A stretch of 64,000 nt of DNA from Phoronis australis. Its lineage: Eukaryota; Animalia; Phoronida. The position numbers were made by a program, and so were the translations under genes. Shown here piece after piece: positions 49,501 to 61,400 of this stretch. The stretch covers positions 438,624 through 502,623 of the forward strand of contig NMRA01000310.1 in NCBI GenBank assembly GCA_002633005.1, read 5' to 3'. The notes below the pieces were generated by a model. It made no database searches, was not told where the DNA came from, and was given only the letters and a program-made list of their open reading frames with translations. Each line of letters begins with the position of its first letter. The stretch's first letter is position 1.

Positions 49501-52098
49501 GAATTTTAATTTCGTGTACCTAGACATATGTGACTAACTTGAATTTTAACACCTTTGGACAGCCTCTAATCACAAGATTGGTTAACATTAACTCAACAAG
49601 AGGACAGTCAAGTACACTCAGTAAGTTACAGAGATAAACACATCAATGACAGAATTGACAGCATGTTTATTGATTGAATGGATTACTTCAGGATAATCTA
49701 GCTGAATACACAGCCAGTGGTTATACTGTTCACACTTGGGGTACTGTACTACCATACACAGGCAATGGTTACGCTATTCACACTTGGGGTACTGTACTAC
49801 CATACACAGGCAGTGGTTATACTATTCAGATTTGGGTACTGTACTACCACACACAGGCAGTGGCTATACTATTCAGATTTGGGTACTGTACTACCATAAC
49901 ACACCTTCAGTCAGTCTGTTGAATTATACTACTCACACTTCAGAACTACCGTAATTCTTTTTTTTAACATAGAATATGGCTCAAGTCAGCGCTTGATACG
50001 ACCTCAGATTGTGTTTGGCTATCTGGGAAAAATTCTTAGTCGTGATGAGGTCGCCACTGCAAGTATCAAACTCAGACAATATTTCCCTCTAAATTCGTTT
50101 CAAGGTTTGTGTTGACTTCCAAACTTGAAATTAGTAACAGTTTTCCTAGATTTATTATCTTTGATTCACAATTGTTCTGTTTATTTCGTGAATTAAAACA
50201 CATTTGCCACCACATTCAAATTACCACAGAGAGAAGACAGAATTGTTTGGCAAAAATCAGGCAAAATCGGCCATGCAGTCGTCTGCATACCATGCTCGTC
50301 TGCCAGTCCTGTCGTCATTTGCTCAATGAAAATTTACATCGACCAGGAAATCTCATTCGTCTGCAGTTTTGGCGACCTCAGATTTCGTTTGGCAACCTCG
50401 GATATTTGCCAGGTGAAATTCTACTAACCAAATTTTTTCACAATTAAAGTAGATTGAAAATTTTAGTCTATTATTAGCATGGTTTGTAAGTTGTGTAAAT
50501 GTCATCATACAATTTTTGTAAATTTTCCATTATTTGCAGTAATCAGCCTTTGAAAAATGGAAAAAGGACAATTTTGACAATTATTTTTGAGCTAAATAAA
50601 AAGAACTAATATGATCTGTGTATAACACATTTATTCGTGAAGTTCATTCGAAAGTTACTGATCATTGCCATCATACAGGACCACATTACAACTTCTTTCA
50701 CCCTCTAACAAGCACTGGTCAATGATCCTATGTCTTTAATCCAATCACAGATCGAATAATCAGCTTCACCTATTGATGATTTAGGAAACCCCACATCAGG
50801 TCCTAGTCTCACATCAACCACCTATTACCAAAAATTCCGCCTAGATCTGCTCTCAGTCTGTATGTAATGCTATTACTGCAGGTGGTAGCTTGGTAATTTC
50901 TTACAACTGAAAGTTATCTCCATAATTCGAGTATGCCTTTTAAATGAAAATAGATGAATGTAGTACCGTGAAGCTCATGTGAAATCAGACGTCCCTATCA
51001 ATAAACTTTTGTGATTAAAATTACTTCCAATCCCAAGAACAGAGTGTTGTACTTGATCACATGCAAAAATATCTGAAAGCCTTTTTTGGTACAATGTGCA
51101 TGACTTTATTCCTGTCATTTCGCATTCCCTAAGCACTGCACTACAGTAGAGTACTAGTGCACAGAGTTGTGTTGGTGTATTCTCACACCAAACCTGTTCC
51201 CGATGAATTTTTAGATTTTATTTAATGATTAATAAAGCAAAACAGCTGAGCACTCCCAAACATGAACATTGCCCCTCCGTACCACTCCCAAACATGAGCA
51301 ACATCCCTCCGTACCGCTCCCAAATATGAGAATGGACCTTCCACAAACTGTCCGATGACAGCCACATTTTCTTGCGGCTCAAGGTCACAACGTATTTTGG
51401 TCACCTAACCAAAACTAGCCTAGTAATTTAAAAATTATTTCTAATCAATTATTCACAGGAACCCGATTCCATGATGTCACACCTATTGCTTTGTAGGCCT
51501 ATACTTTATTTGTTAATACTAGGTTAATACTCACTAAATACAGGGCCATATTGGAGTCCCAAGATTGTGAGAACCACTTTTCTCCATTGAATAATGGACA
51601 AGAAACTGGCTCTCAAAATTTGAGACCCCCTGTAGGCCTATGTGACTATTGCGCTTTATGTTTTCAATCAAAAAGTATATCAGATGAGCACTCCCATTAC
51701 TGCCACAGGTCGTCTATGCCTTCGGCGTCAGGCAGTACACTGACTGATATGAGTTATGATACGTCATTGATCTCATGCTGATCACTCACCGAGTTTCTTG
51801 CAGAATTGGACATTAGGCGACTCACTTCATCTTCTGTATCTTGGTCATCTGATCCAATATAGGAGTCCACCAAAAAACCGTTCTGCGCAACGAGTCCATT
51901 ACCGCAGGATCCACGATTCTCTAGGCCAGAATTTTGACAAGGCAAGTCTGTTCGATCGTTGCAATTTAACAGGTGTTTTCCCATTGAATGAATGATATCG
52001 TCCAAACTCGGATCGTTTTCCCCATTAATACCACTACCACCACCTCCTGAGTCACTCTGCGGTTTTCCAAAACCGTCCCTGCAATGGACAACATCCAT
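34277..52098 (-). CDS. KIAA1614: KIAA1614-like protein: long Ser/Pro/Lys-rich disordered region, RVRF motif and C-terminal PDZ domain; 8 exons, ~1099 aa
   Basis: Exons 52098-51790, 48840-47796, 46827-46740, 39822-38650, 38396-38243, 36725-36595, 35940-35741, 34476-34277; GT-AG, phases close, 3300 nt total. PDZ: GRLVTLNSDGTQVVELVKPPHGPFGFYIARGN..GIFISRL..FAGLLGLGDEILEVNG. The symbol rests on recalled similarity to the KIAA1614 PDZ, the VRF motif and adjacency to XPR1; no search was run. Confidence 0.7.
35741..35940 (-). CDS. KIAA1614-like exon 7 (PDZ N-half)
   Basis: KLRRSPS...AIGRLVTLNSDGTQVVELVKPPHGPFGFYIARGNAQFNH. Confidence 0.9.
36595..36725 (-). CDS. KIAA1614-like exon 6
   Basis: SSSGIPKLAKSPSLRSLKLSFRKKDD...GTKD. 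Confidence 0.85.
36854..36982 (-). mobile_element. tRNA-derived SINE, copy 2
   Basis: Colinear with 6324-6450 (GAGCTGA.GAGCTAGA.ACCTGACTCAA...AGTGGGACTTGAACCC...CACTGCCT). Confidence 0.7.
37975..38115. repeat. Dispersed ~130-bp repeat family B (opposite-orientation copies at ~50470-50600 and ~62325-62455; partial at ~1742-1790)
   Basis: Shared ATGGTTTGTA....GTARATGT...TTTT.GT.AATTTTCCAT.ATTTGCAGTAA...TTTGAAAAATGGAAAA.GACAATTTTG.CAATT. Confidence 0.7.
38243..38396 (-). CDS. KIAA1614-like exon 5
   Basis: SSMTNLESSKELSASRSSLKEKV...RAISLDRIDNKKK; a second in-frame AG lies 6 nt downstream of the acceptor. Confidence 0.85.
38650..39822 (-). CDS. KIAA1614-like exon 4
   Basis: ESCDETSSVKSSLK...SPNRVRFKDDM...QQPHN; contains the 366-aa ORF. 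Confidence 0.9.
40740..41390 (-). mobile_element. Degenerate Penelope-like retroelement 3' fragment (GIY-YIG endonuclease)
   Basis: LDVIIYYKNIKTSNLVMRNN...NVVYEFTCP...NYIGHTVCSLSRRLSMH...IKDH...H, then after a frameshift IRYIENDVHRLRTLESLLIMFEKPSLNEQ; typical C-terminus of PLE endonucleases. Confidence 0.8.
42053..45472. repeat. ~1.6-kb near-identical direct duplication flanking a gap (42053-43656 and 43874-45472); probable haplotype or assembly artefact
   Basis: Both copies start CACAATTGTGGGCATCC and end GCATAAAGTGCC, abut the N gap and differ only by SNPs and small indels. Confidence 0.85.
46476..46542. repeat. (GT)n microsatellite at gap edge
   Basis: Direct observation. Confidence 0.95.
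46740..46827 (-). CDS. KIAA1614-like exon 3
   Basis: DSDVDSGITPTKTSPRVTNASVTPSGSVV; bridges phase 1 to phase 2. Confidence 0.8.
47796..48840 (-). CDS. KIAA1614-like exon 2
   Basis: VDAQHEYPRLTTPFYDQLRQKYP...QSHQYAR within the 437-aa ORF; cctacag acceptor, GTGAGT donor. Confidence 0.88.
49707..49898. repeat. 47-48-bp minisatellite, 4 copies
   Basis: ACACAGGCAGTGGTTATACTATTCA.A.TTGGG(G)TACTGTACTACCA repeated with no unique spacers. Confidence 0.9.
51552..51635. repeat. Palindromic family A, degenerate copy in reverse orientation
   Basis: GAGAACCACTTTTCTCCATTGAATAA...AAACTGGCTCTCAAAATTTGAGACCCCCTGTA is the reverse complement of the family-A core. Confidence 0.65.
51790..52098 (-). CDS. KIAA1614-like exon 1
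   Basis: aagATGg start; MDVVHCRDG...SARNS; GTGAGT donor, phase 0. Confidence 0.75.
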
Positions 52099-52356
52099 CT
52101 TATGGATGAAAGTGGACGGAATACAAATAAAGCACCGTTGTTTACATTGGTCCTACATCTTTTGTATTTTACGGTTGAGGATAAACCTGTGTAGACGTCA
52201 TAGGCCAGAAATGATGACGTTTTACTACAAAATTTTATCAGCTGTCAGAGGTCGCTATAAGTTTTGTAAACCTCTTCGAACTTGTTTGTGTTCTTTTTGT
52301 CTTAAAATTGCGAATCGCGACCTCAGATTTTGTTCAAGTTATGGTTATTTGAAACC
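52099..52356. promoter_or_regulatory. Putative bidirectional promoter, KIAA1614-like / XPR1
   Basis: 258 bp between divergent ATGs; CRE-like GACGTCA (52194-52200) and TGACGT (52215-52220); TCGCGA at 52315-52320. Confidence 0.65.
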
Positions 52357-52425
52357 ATGAAGTTTGCGGAGCATTTGTCTGCGCATATCACGCCTGAATG
52401 GCGCACCCAATACATTCAATATGAG
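52357..52425 (+). CDS. XPR1: XPR1 exon 1
   Basis: accATGa; [23 protein letters not shown]; GTGAGT donor. Confidence 0.95.
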
Positions 52426-55400
52426 GTGAGTTTCGTGATGTTTTGCAAATGTTTTCAATCAATGGCTTGACCATTGACCCTTGAACTCCACGGCACTCTG
52501 GCTATCAACTGCTAATTGTTGATGATTTTTCCGCTAAAGTCTGCCGAAACGTTCCTGAGACATTGGTGCCCTTCATCTAGGCATGTAATTCAACCGAAAC
52601 TGATAAAAACCAAACAGATTAACGCCTATTGACAGTAAGACTCAGTAACTGATTACAGAAATACCTAGGGTTAATATATAGACCACTAGTAAAAGGCGGA
52701 TTAAATTCATTATATAACAAATCTCCCTTCTTTTCAGTGTTAACTCAATTCCATTTGTCTCTTCCTCTACTCTTAAGAAATATCCACTTGCCCAACCGGT
52801 GTCGAACGGGCCTCTGGCATCATGCTAACCTTGGTGCAAAGCTGCCAAAGCTGTATACAGGGCTTTATCCAGNCCCCCCCCCAAACACACACAGTGAGAT
52901 TTTTTTTGCAATTAAAAAATGCGTTGAACAAGGCTTTTGCACCTAAGTTTACAAAACAGCTCCCTTGTATTGGGCTTTTTTAAGTACTAAAAAAACTGTT
53001 GATCAAGACTTTTATGTCTAAATTTACGAAAACAGCCAAATAGCTTACCAAACAGGTATTACAGATATTACAGATATTGGTTGAACGATGAGTACACTGT
53101 TTTTGGTCATCTCAAGTCAAATTCTGTTATAAAGTTTATTATATCAACTTCACTAGCTTTATATTTTGTACAATGAGTCATCAAAGCTGCAATTACCAAC
53201 AAAAGAAAAATGCACAGATGATGTGTGGTTTATATTTTGGCAACGGGTGTCACTGCTGCTCCATTTTAGACGCACATAGAAAAGCATGAAACAGGAGAAA
53301 ACTCAAACATTTTAAATGGGGATATTCTTGCGCCACATCATATTGTTAAAATAATGACATTTATTTCGCTTTTGAAGTTTTAAAAAAAAATGAAGAACAT
53401 GAAACAGCTCTGAAACACCAGTTTGGAGTTAAGCAAGGTTCATGTCCCTATATAAAGTACAGAATTGCAGTGGCATATGACTCTACTGAAAGCAGATACT
53501 CTGGCAACCAACCACCAGGTCTCCCAAAAATAGTTTGAATATTGCAACATTTTAAATACTTTGTATATTTCTTTCTGAGTTGAAAGGGACAACTTCTCTC
53601 TTTGATTAACTGGGAGTCTTAGTAATCTTACAATGTGGGTGTCCAAACTTGAGAAATTCTGATTGATAGGATGTCCAAATGATACATTGGGTGTCCTTGC
53701 CAGGGGGTCTACATTAGTGCCAAATGGACGCCCAGGACATACGCCCAGGACATACGCTGCATGAAGGCCTGGCTGTATATAGCTAGCCAGCTAGCTGTAT
53801 AATTATAAAGACTATCGTCAAAATACAGCTAGGTGCCACTGTGTGTTTTTCTTGCATAGACTCCGAAATTGCGCACAGCCAGTGTAGTTCTTTTTGTCAA
53901 CTCGCTTTGAAACTTGTATCAACATGTAGAGCTAAAGACCGGACAGGATGCATGCAAAATCTGGGAATCAAACGATACTCACCTTGCCCGTTACAACCGT
54001 TTAAGTGGAAAACAATCTAATATATGTCATTTTCTTGCGTAATCCTCCGCCTTTTCTAACAAAGAAAAGTTATGTCATGGTATTGAAAACAGTACACTCA
54101 TGAAACGCGCACGTGCCATTTCCAAAATTTTTGCGACACATCTCTTGGGAGATGATGATAGCTTGGCAGCAGCAAAATTTCTTCTGAAATTCGGTTTTTC
54201 GGTATCAAAATTCTAAAAACTTATAACCAGTTTCGATAATTTGTTGTGATGTGTACCCAACCTCGTGGAGGAACAACAGTTGATTGAAGAATCGCCGAAA
54301 AAAGAAACTGGCCAATAGGTGACGCAATATTTCTCGGCACGGAAAGCCGTCGCTAAAGATCGCTCCACAACTTAAGCGGGAGAATAACAGTAGAACACCA
54401 TTTTTTCCAACACCGTTAAATAATCCAGTTTACTCAAGGAAGACTGTAGTTTTTAATGACACTAATTTTGTGTCAGATTTTATCATACCACTTTTTTACC
54501 CACATTGGCGCAAAGCTGTAGTATACAGCTTTGTAGCAAGGCTAAGATGTATACTACTTTGATGATAGTCTTTATATAGCTTGCTGGCTGGGTTGCATCA
54601 TGCAAGACAATCAAGCCTCCAAACCGATCTGTTGTGTGTGAACTTGGAATCCTGCTTCATCTCAAGATCGCATATGCGTAAACTTAGAACTGAATATTCA
54701 TTAAGGCAATCATGAGATTTTTTGTTCAGTTTAAAGAGTTTTTGTAATTATTTTCTCCTTTACTGTAATTTGTGTCACAGAATTGGAGGAATATGTGAAT
54801 GGTTAAATCAGTTAATGTTTGGTGAACAAGACTGCCAATAGTTGAAAAAAGGTTGGTTAAAATTTAGATTATTTTGTTAACATGTAATTGATATAGCATA
54901 GTGCAAATTTTTATGAACATAAACGTGATTGTTTGAGTGAAAGTGTCAAGTTTCCTTGCGTATTCCAAGTTCACGCATTCGCAATCTTGAGATCATGCGC
55001 AGTTCACGCACAGCATATCAACCATTGGCCATTAGCGTTGATTAGCAATGGATTCGGAGAGGGGTTTATGTGACTTGTACGTCACACCCGCGACTGGAAA
55101 TTTGAGGGTGCGGGGTGGGCTGTGTAAACAATCAATGAACTGATTATGCCCTCGTGTTGTACATTAACTGCAAATCTGTGAGATCATCTGCACACAGCTA
55201 GATGCTTCAAAGGTGTTAAAGGGGAAACCAACTGTTTTTACTTTTCCTAAGAAAAATGCAAATCCCTGGTCATCATCTAACGATTTTTTTCTGTGTTAAT
55301 TGCTGCTTCCCTGCCCTGGCATGGTCTCTCTATGCATGTGACATGTATTGTATAAAAGTTATCGGTACCAAGACTGTGACCTTAAATGAGTGAGTCGAGC

Positions 55401-58400
55401 GTTCAAACTATTCAGTCAAGGCAATTCCCATTGGCAAGTGATTTCAGCACACCTGCTCACTTGAGGAGAAAGGTGCCTATGTTTGCCAAAATTAACATGT
55501 TGCAGAATTGATTCTAACCTTGACGGGAATTTTTTAATCATTGGAGTGGAATATTTGGGACTGATAAGAGGAATTTCATGTGATTTTTAAATATTTTTCA
55601 TATGGGAATAGGGTTGATATTCAGCCCCAAAATCAAAAATCGAGGTATGGAGGGACTTAGATTTGGGGAGGTTTTACTCGACTGTGCATAGCAACTGGAA
55701 CCAGAAATTCACAACATTCCTTTCTGTTGTGCGAAGTGAGAGGCACCATTGCCTGCTGGCTGTAAATCTCATCATACCATATGCGGAGTGGATAGAAAGT
55801 TTATTGGCAACGACCACTGTATGAATTTTGTAGATTGAGCGATCTTTCGGCGCTGATATGTGTGAAAGAGTCTCTGTTTTAAGAAATGTGTGGTAACTAG
55901 AACGATGGAAGCTATCGATAAACACCGCAAATTGTAAAGTTCTGTATGCATTGTTCCACCAGATTCTTATGAAAACGGATTCAATTCAGAGCATATATTT
56001 ATCGTTAGCTACTGCCTGGGCTTTATACTGAAGAATTATTTCTTAATCGTATTTCTTCACACAGAAGGATGTTGGTAAATTTGGCGATGATATTGTTGAA
56101 AAGTGTAATGTTATTTAACCTTTTTGTACTTTTAATGCAGTGCAGTGTTTATCTAACCTGAATTACAAGTCACCAACATTTGTGCAACGGTAATTTAAAA
56201 TTGAGCATACGCGGCGGTTGTCTCAGTAATTCGTTATTCACTTTTTGTACTGTTGGCTCACTAATGTACTTGAGATGTACATGCACTTTGCTTCCTTTCC
56301 TTACATCTCTTGCACAGTTTGTCAACATTAGTGAAATCGGCGTGCAAAATCTCGGGATTGTCAAAGTGCAGCATACTTTCAGCCTTCACCATGTGCTCCG
56401 CCAGCTCATTATAGTTGTAATTTATTTCTGTGTGTTCATTGTATTAATTTACACATCAACTTTTATGCATTTGATTTATTTTGTAGCAAATGAAAGATAT
56501 GCTGTATGAGGTCACAGAGCAGGCTCCGTCACCAGAAGACAGTGATCCTAGTGTTGTCCAGCGATACTTTGCTCGTTTCTTTGAAGAATTCTTTCAATTC
56601 TGTGACAAGGAGCTCACCAAAATCAACACATTCTTCTCTGGTAGGTATACAGATGACTTACTCCATGCATCTGGGGTCTAAGTCAGACATCAAGGAATCA
56701 TGTGGCCCAATGGGATAAGTATCCACATCAATCTTTAGTCAAAAATTTACTCTTACACTCCTCACAACTATTTTTGAAAAATAATTAAATCTCACTGTTA
56801 GCAAAAATACAAAATCTTGGAAAATATACCCATAACTTCTAGTTTCTGAGATGACTTGTATAAATCATTTCTTGGTTGTGGTTAGCTAGTAATTGCGCGG
56901 CTCAACTTTCATTCAGTAATAGTGAAGTGGGAATGTAACACAAAATCTCTGTGTTAAGTCTTGAAGTCACATTGATAAGTTAAGTGCAAGCCTTCCCTCA
57001 TCACCAACAATGAAGGTATATTAACAAGAAAGCTGGTAAGGTGTCTAAGCCATGCTGTAATTATAATTTTCCTGCCATAAATAATAGTCATTTCCAGTCA
57101 TTTTGTTGTTGACACATTTAGTTGTCATGATGGTGGTTAATGGTATTTTGTCTGAATTCTTTTGTCTTGTACTGTTATATCTGTAAAACAAATGGTCACT
57201 TTCTGGGAGAAACATTGACTTTGTGCTTTAACTCGGGAAACATTCTTACTGTACAATGTTAAGAGGACATGAAACTATTACCTTGAATTAATTATTCTTA
57301 TCGTGTGAGGTATAAGTTTTACTAATTGTTCTTTTTAGAAAAGCTTGCAGAAGCGCAAAGGAAATATGCCTCTCTTCAAGCGGAGTTGGATACTGCCAAA
57401 ACGATCGAAACGAAAAAGACATTTCCACGTTTACGGAAAGTCAAAGGAGTATTATCTAAAGACAGTGAGAGGAAGATAACAACGCTACATGCTCGAAAAA
57501 TTCATGACATTAAACTGGCATTCAGCGAATTCTATCTTAGTCTCATACTGTTACAGAACTATCAAACTCTCAACTTCACAGGATTTAGGAAAATACTGAA
57601 AAAGCACGATAAGGTTAGAGGTGTCCTGTTTTGTATTTCAGCTTATAACGATCATTTCATGAATACTGAGATATCTTCCTCTTAGAATGCTCAATTTAGC
57701 CCATGCAGGTTGTAGTTTCGTTAGCACCTTCAGTTTTTCTTAAATTTAAGTAATGTGATCTCCATAGTAATACCCATGCCCCCAACACTTATTGGTCTTT
57801 GCGGCAATAAGTATTCACTCTCATTTCATATGAAGTATATAAAGCAACTTAATGAAAAAAGGTTAAAGGGTCACGTAGCTCTAATTAGGTTAAGCTGAAG
57901 TCACAAACTTTGACCTTTAATTAACCAAGTTAAGACTGGTGAGTCTTCCCATTGAACCAGCCGGTGGCCTCCATTTGGTTCATGGTGTTGTCTCGCGTAA
58001 TTAGGAACGCTAACTAGCTGTATTGAAAACCAAAAGAAAGGGTTCCACGCCAAGACATGAACCAATGTAATGGTAGACAAAAGACGGCGCTTGGCGCTTA
58101 GAGTTTTAACGTATTAGCTTAGCACAGGTTACATGTGTGATAGAATTGCTTTTTATAGTCAACTGTGGTTTGGAATGGCAAGTTGTTGATTCCCAAACAT
58201 TTCTGAGCAGTGACAGCCACAGATGTTTGTCACTTTTTAGCAGCAGAGCTCTTATTAATGGGGAATTCAGTAATTACTCGAATACAGTGACTAATTATGA
58301 TGTTGTAGTGTTATGTACATTCAGTGTTGTCCAAAACAGAAGATTCAATCTGGACTGGAACTATAATTCATGAACATGTTCAAGAGTCTGTGTTTTCGTT

Positions 58401-61400
58401 ATCGGGAATTTGTATGCCAAGTTTTGATAGGAAGGCATTGAACTGTTGCCAACTTGTTGCATAAATTTTCCATCTCGATGCAAGAAATTCAAAGTCTTCA
58501 AGGCTGAATTTAAATTCTTTACTACAGAAAATCAAACAGGTTGAGGAGAACACTGGCATTGTTCCTGACACCGTACTTTTAAACAGCTATCATTATATAC
58601 AGCGCTGCTGTACTTTGAGCGCAACTGCTGTACTGTTCACTTTAATCCTGCAGTGCTCTATGCTGCACTGTTATGTAGTGTTTCAATGTGGTGGTATACA
58701 GTGCAACAGTGCAGTACTAGGATGTGCTATTCACTTCACCGGCAAATGGTCACTTATAGGGGTCCCTGATTTTGAGAACCAGTTTTTTGCCTGTTATTCA
58801 GTGGAGAAAACTGGTTCTCAAAGTGCGGAACCCCTGTAAATGACTGTTACTCTTTGTGGCACACACGAGTACTACAGAGTCCTCACTGGATGTGTTTCAG
58901 CTAATAGAGACTGAGCGAGGGGTGGAGTGGAGGATCTCACAGGTGGAGACTGCTGTCTTCTATACCAGTAAGCAGGTGGAGAAACTGATAGCAGATGTTG
59001 AGGTAGGACACCAGGGGTCTCTGCACTTCAAGTGTGTCATTTCTGAATCTTGTTAAGCTGAGTTGCAGTCTTTTATTGTTGAGTCGACTGATTAATGCTC
59101 AGTCTAATTTTGAATAATTTTGAAGATGTCCTTCATTCAACACATTAGACTAAAACCACAAGGATCATTGATTTTCCCAAACCTGTAAAAAATTGTGAAA
59201 ACGTCTCATTTTTAGCAGATTTTTGAATTTTTTCATTACATTTAGTGTTAGGCATAGATCGTTTGCCAACTCTCTAAAAACTTCATTGCATCACAAATAA
59301 TGTTATTCTGTCTGATTGAGTTTAATTGTGGACTCGCTTGTACAATGGCTTTATTTATAAGTGACATACCTTGGCAACGGTAGAAGTTAGTTGACAAATG
59401 TTTATTTGCTTATTTTACCAGACACTTTTCACAAATGATTTGGAAGCGGGGAACAGGACCCGTGCCATGAAAAGATTGAGGGTGCCCCCTCTTGGTGAGA
59501 AAGTAAGTCTTGACTCATACTCCCTAATTCTAAGTTGATCCACTGATTTACGTTATTGGTTAATTGTAATTTTTTGCCGACTTTTGATGGCTTTATCTTT
59601 TGGACAATAGGATGTCACAGTAAAGGTATCGAAATTCTAGTGTTATCGAAAATCTGTTCTTGTTAATATGCTTTCTGTCTGGTCCACTTTGGTATCTGGT
59701 CATTTCTCCGTTCATGGTTTGTATGGCATGTCAAAATAATTCTCTTTTGATTAAACCTTGAAATGTCTTTGATAGAGTTAAAAGTCTGAGAAAAGTCATG
59801 GAATTCTATTAATGTCTTTTTTCTATTGATTGTAGCTGGTTTTTCAACAAAAGTCAGAAATGTGTTAATTTGTAATGCGCTTAAAGAAAAGTCACAGAAT
59901 CCTGTTGTCAAGATTGTGTACTAAGTGAATTAAGTGGCGGTGCTCATGTACCTAGTGCTTGACATGTTGAATAGTTTACCTTTTTTGTTGCAGGGAAATA
60001 TTTGGACGACATTCCGAGTGGGCCTTTTCTCAGGAATTTTACTGGTTTTGTTAGTCGTCACTATTTTGGGCTGTAAGTTGTAGTCAGTAGAATGGAAATT
60101 TGCTCAATTTACTTTTCTTTCAAATATCCTTATTTATCTGCCAAGTTACTATCAATTAATCAAATCAACATGTGGTGACAAAATTTGGTAATCTCGGAAC
60201 AATACATCTCAGAAATAGCCTATTGGATTCATATGAAACTTTCAAATGCTGTGATACTTTGTGCTATTAGGAATTATTATTATTATTTTTAAATTGTTCC
60301 ACTTTTTCATGTCTGGCTTGTGGCTTTCAAAAATAGAACTTTTTTATGATTTGGAGGAAAAAGTGAAAAGTTTCATAAAGTAAGAACAAAATGATAACTT
60401 ACTAGAAGAATGTAACAACATTTTGAGATTTCATCTTAAACATTGAAGATCAGCATCAAAAGAAATATGGTCAATTCATGTTTTGAAAACGCTTTTTGCT
60501 TTGATTTTACCTAGTTTCATTTGTGCAAAATTTTGCTGAAAAGATACAGTCTTGTAACCAGTGAAGCATTAGTGTGTTTAAGTCAAAAAAAAACAAATTC
60601 TACTTTATTTCTGCATTTTCTGCTTTCCGAAAATATAATATTTTCCTTAAAATAAATTCTGTAGTTTTGTAGATATTTGAATGCATGTGCAGTCTTGTCT
60701 ATGAGGACCTACATAAAGTTACACTTGATTTACTGGATGAAGATCTCACTATAGTTTGTGCTTTCCTGGAAATACTTTCTGTTGAACATCCCACATTCTA
60801 CTATCTCCTTTTCAGGCGTCTACATGAATTCAGATCATAAGGAGCACTGGGCAAATGCCGTACGTTTGTTTCGACCCTCTCTCCTCATCATTATCTTCAT
60901 CTCTCTGATTGGTGCTAACACGTACGGCTGGAGGTCATCCGGGGTCAACCATGTACTTATTTTCGAGCTGGATCCACGCAACAACCTGTCTCACCAGGAT
61001 TTCTTGGAGGTACAGTACCAGACAAAAGTATTATTGTTCTTGGAGGTACAGTACCAGACAAAAGTAGTCATTCTTGGAGGTACAGTACCAGACAAAAGTA
61101 ATCGAACAAAATACTGTTAATGGCAAGAATTTCTTGTAATAACTATTATGATAGTACAATTCTAATTACAGAGTGGCTTAGCCATGTTACTAACTTTCAT
61201 GTTCATTCACTTTCGCTCTGTCATGAGGGAATCAAGACTACTCTGATAATGAATTCAGTTTCTGCTAAGCAGTCATAACGGTGAATTCTGGGTCATTTTG
61301 TTTGAATACTTTTGGGTTATGGACATTTGTTGTTCATAAGCTTTAAATAGGCTACCAAGGACTGTGTTAGCAATGACCAGACTTAGAACCTTTGATAAAA

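Noticed and set aside
49707-49898. Regular 47-48-bp repeats (and 61001-61100) as a CRISPR array
   Set aside because: No unique spacers, no cas genes, eukaryotic intron context.
52826-54545. Possible TIR pair (CCTTG..CAAAGCTGTATAC) bounding a 1.7-kb element in XPR1 intron 1
   Set aside because: The match is short and interrupted, with no TSD or coding remnant identified.
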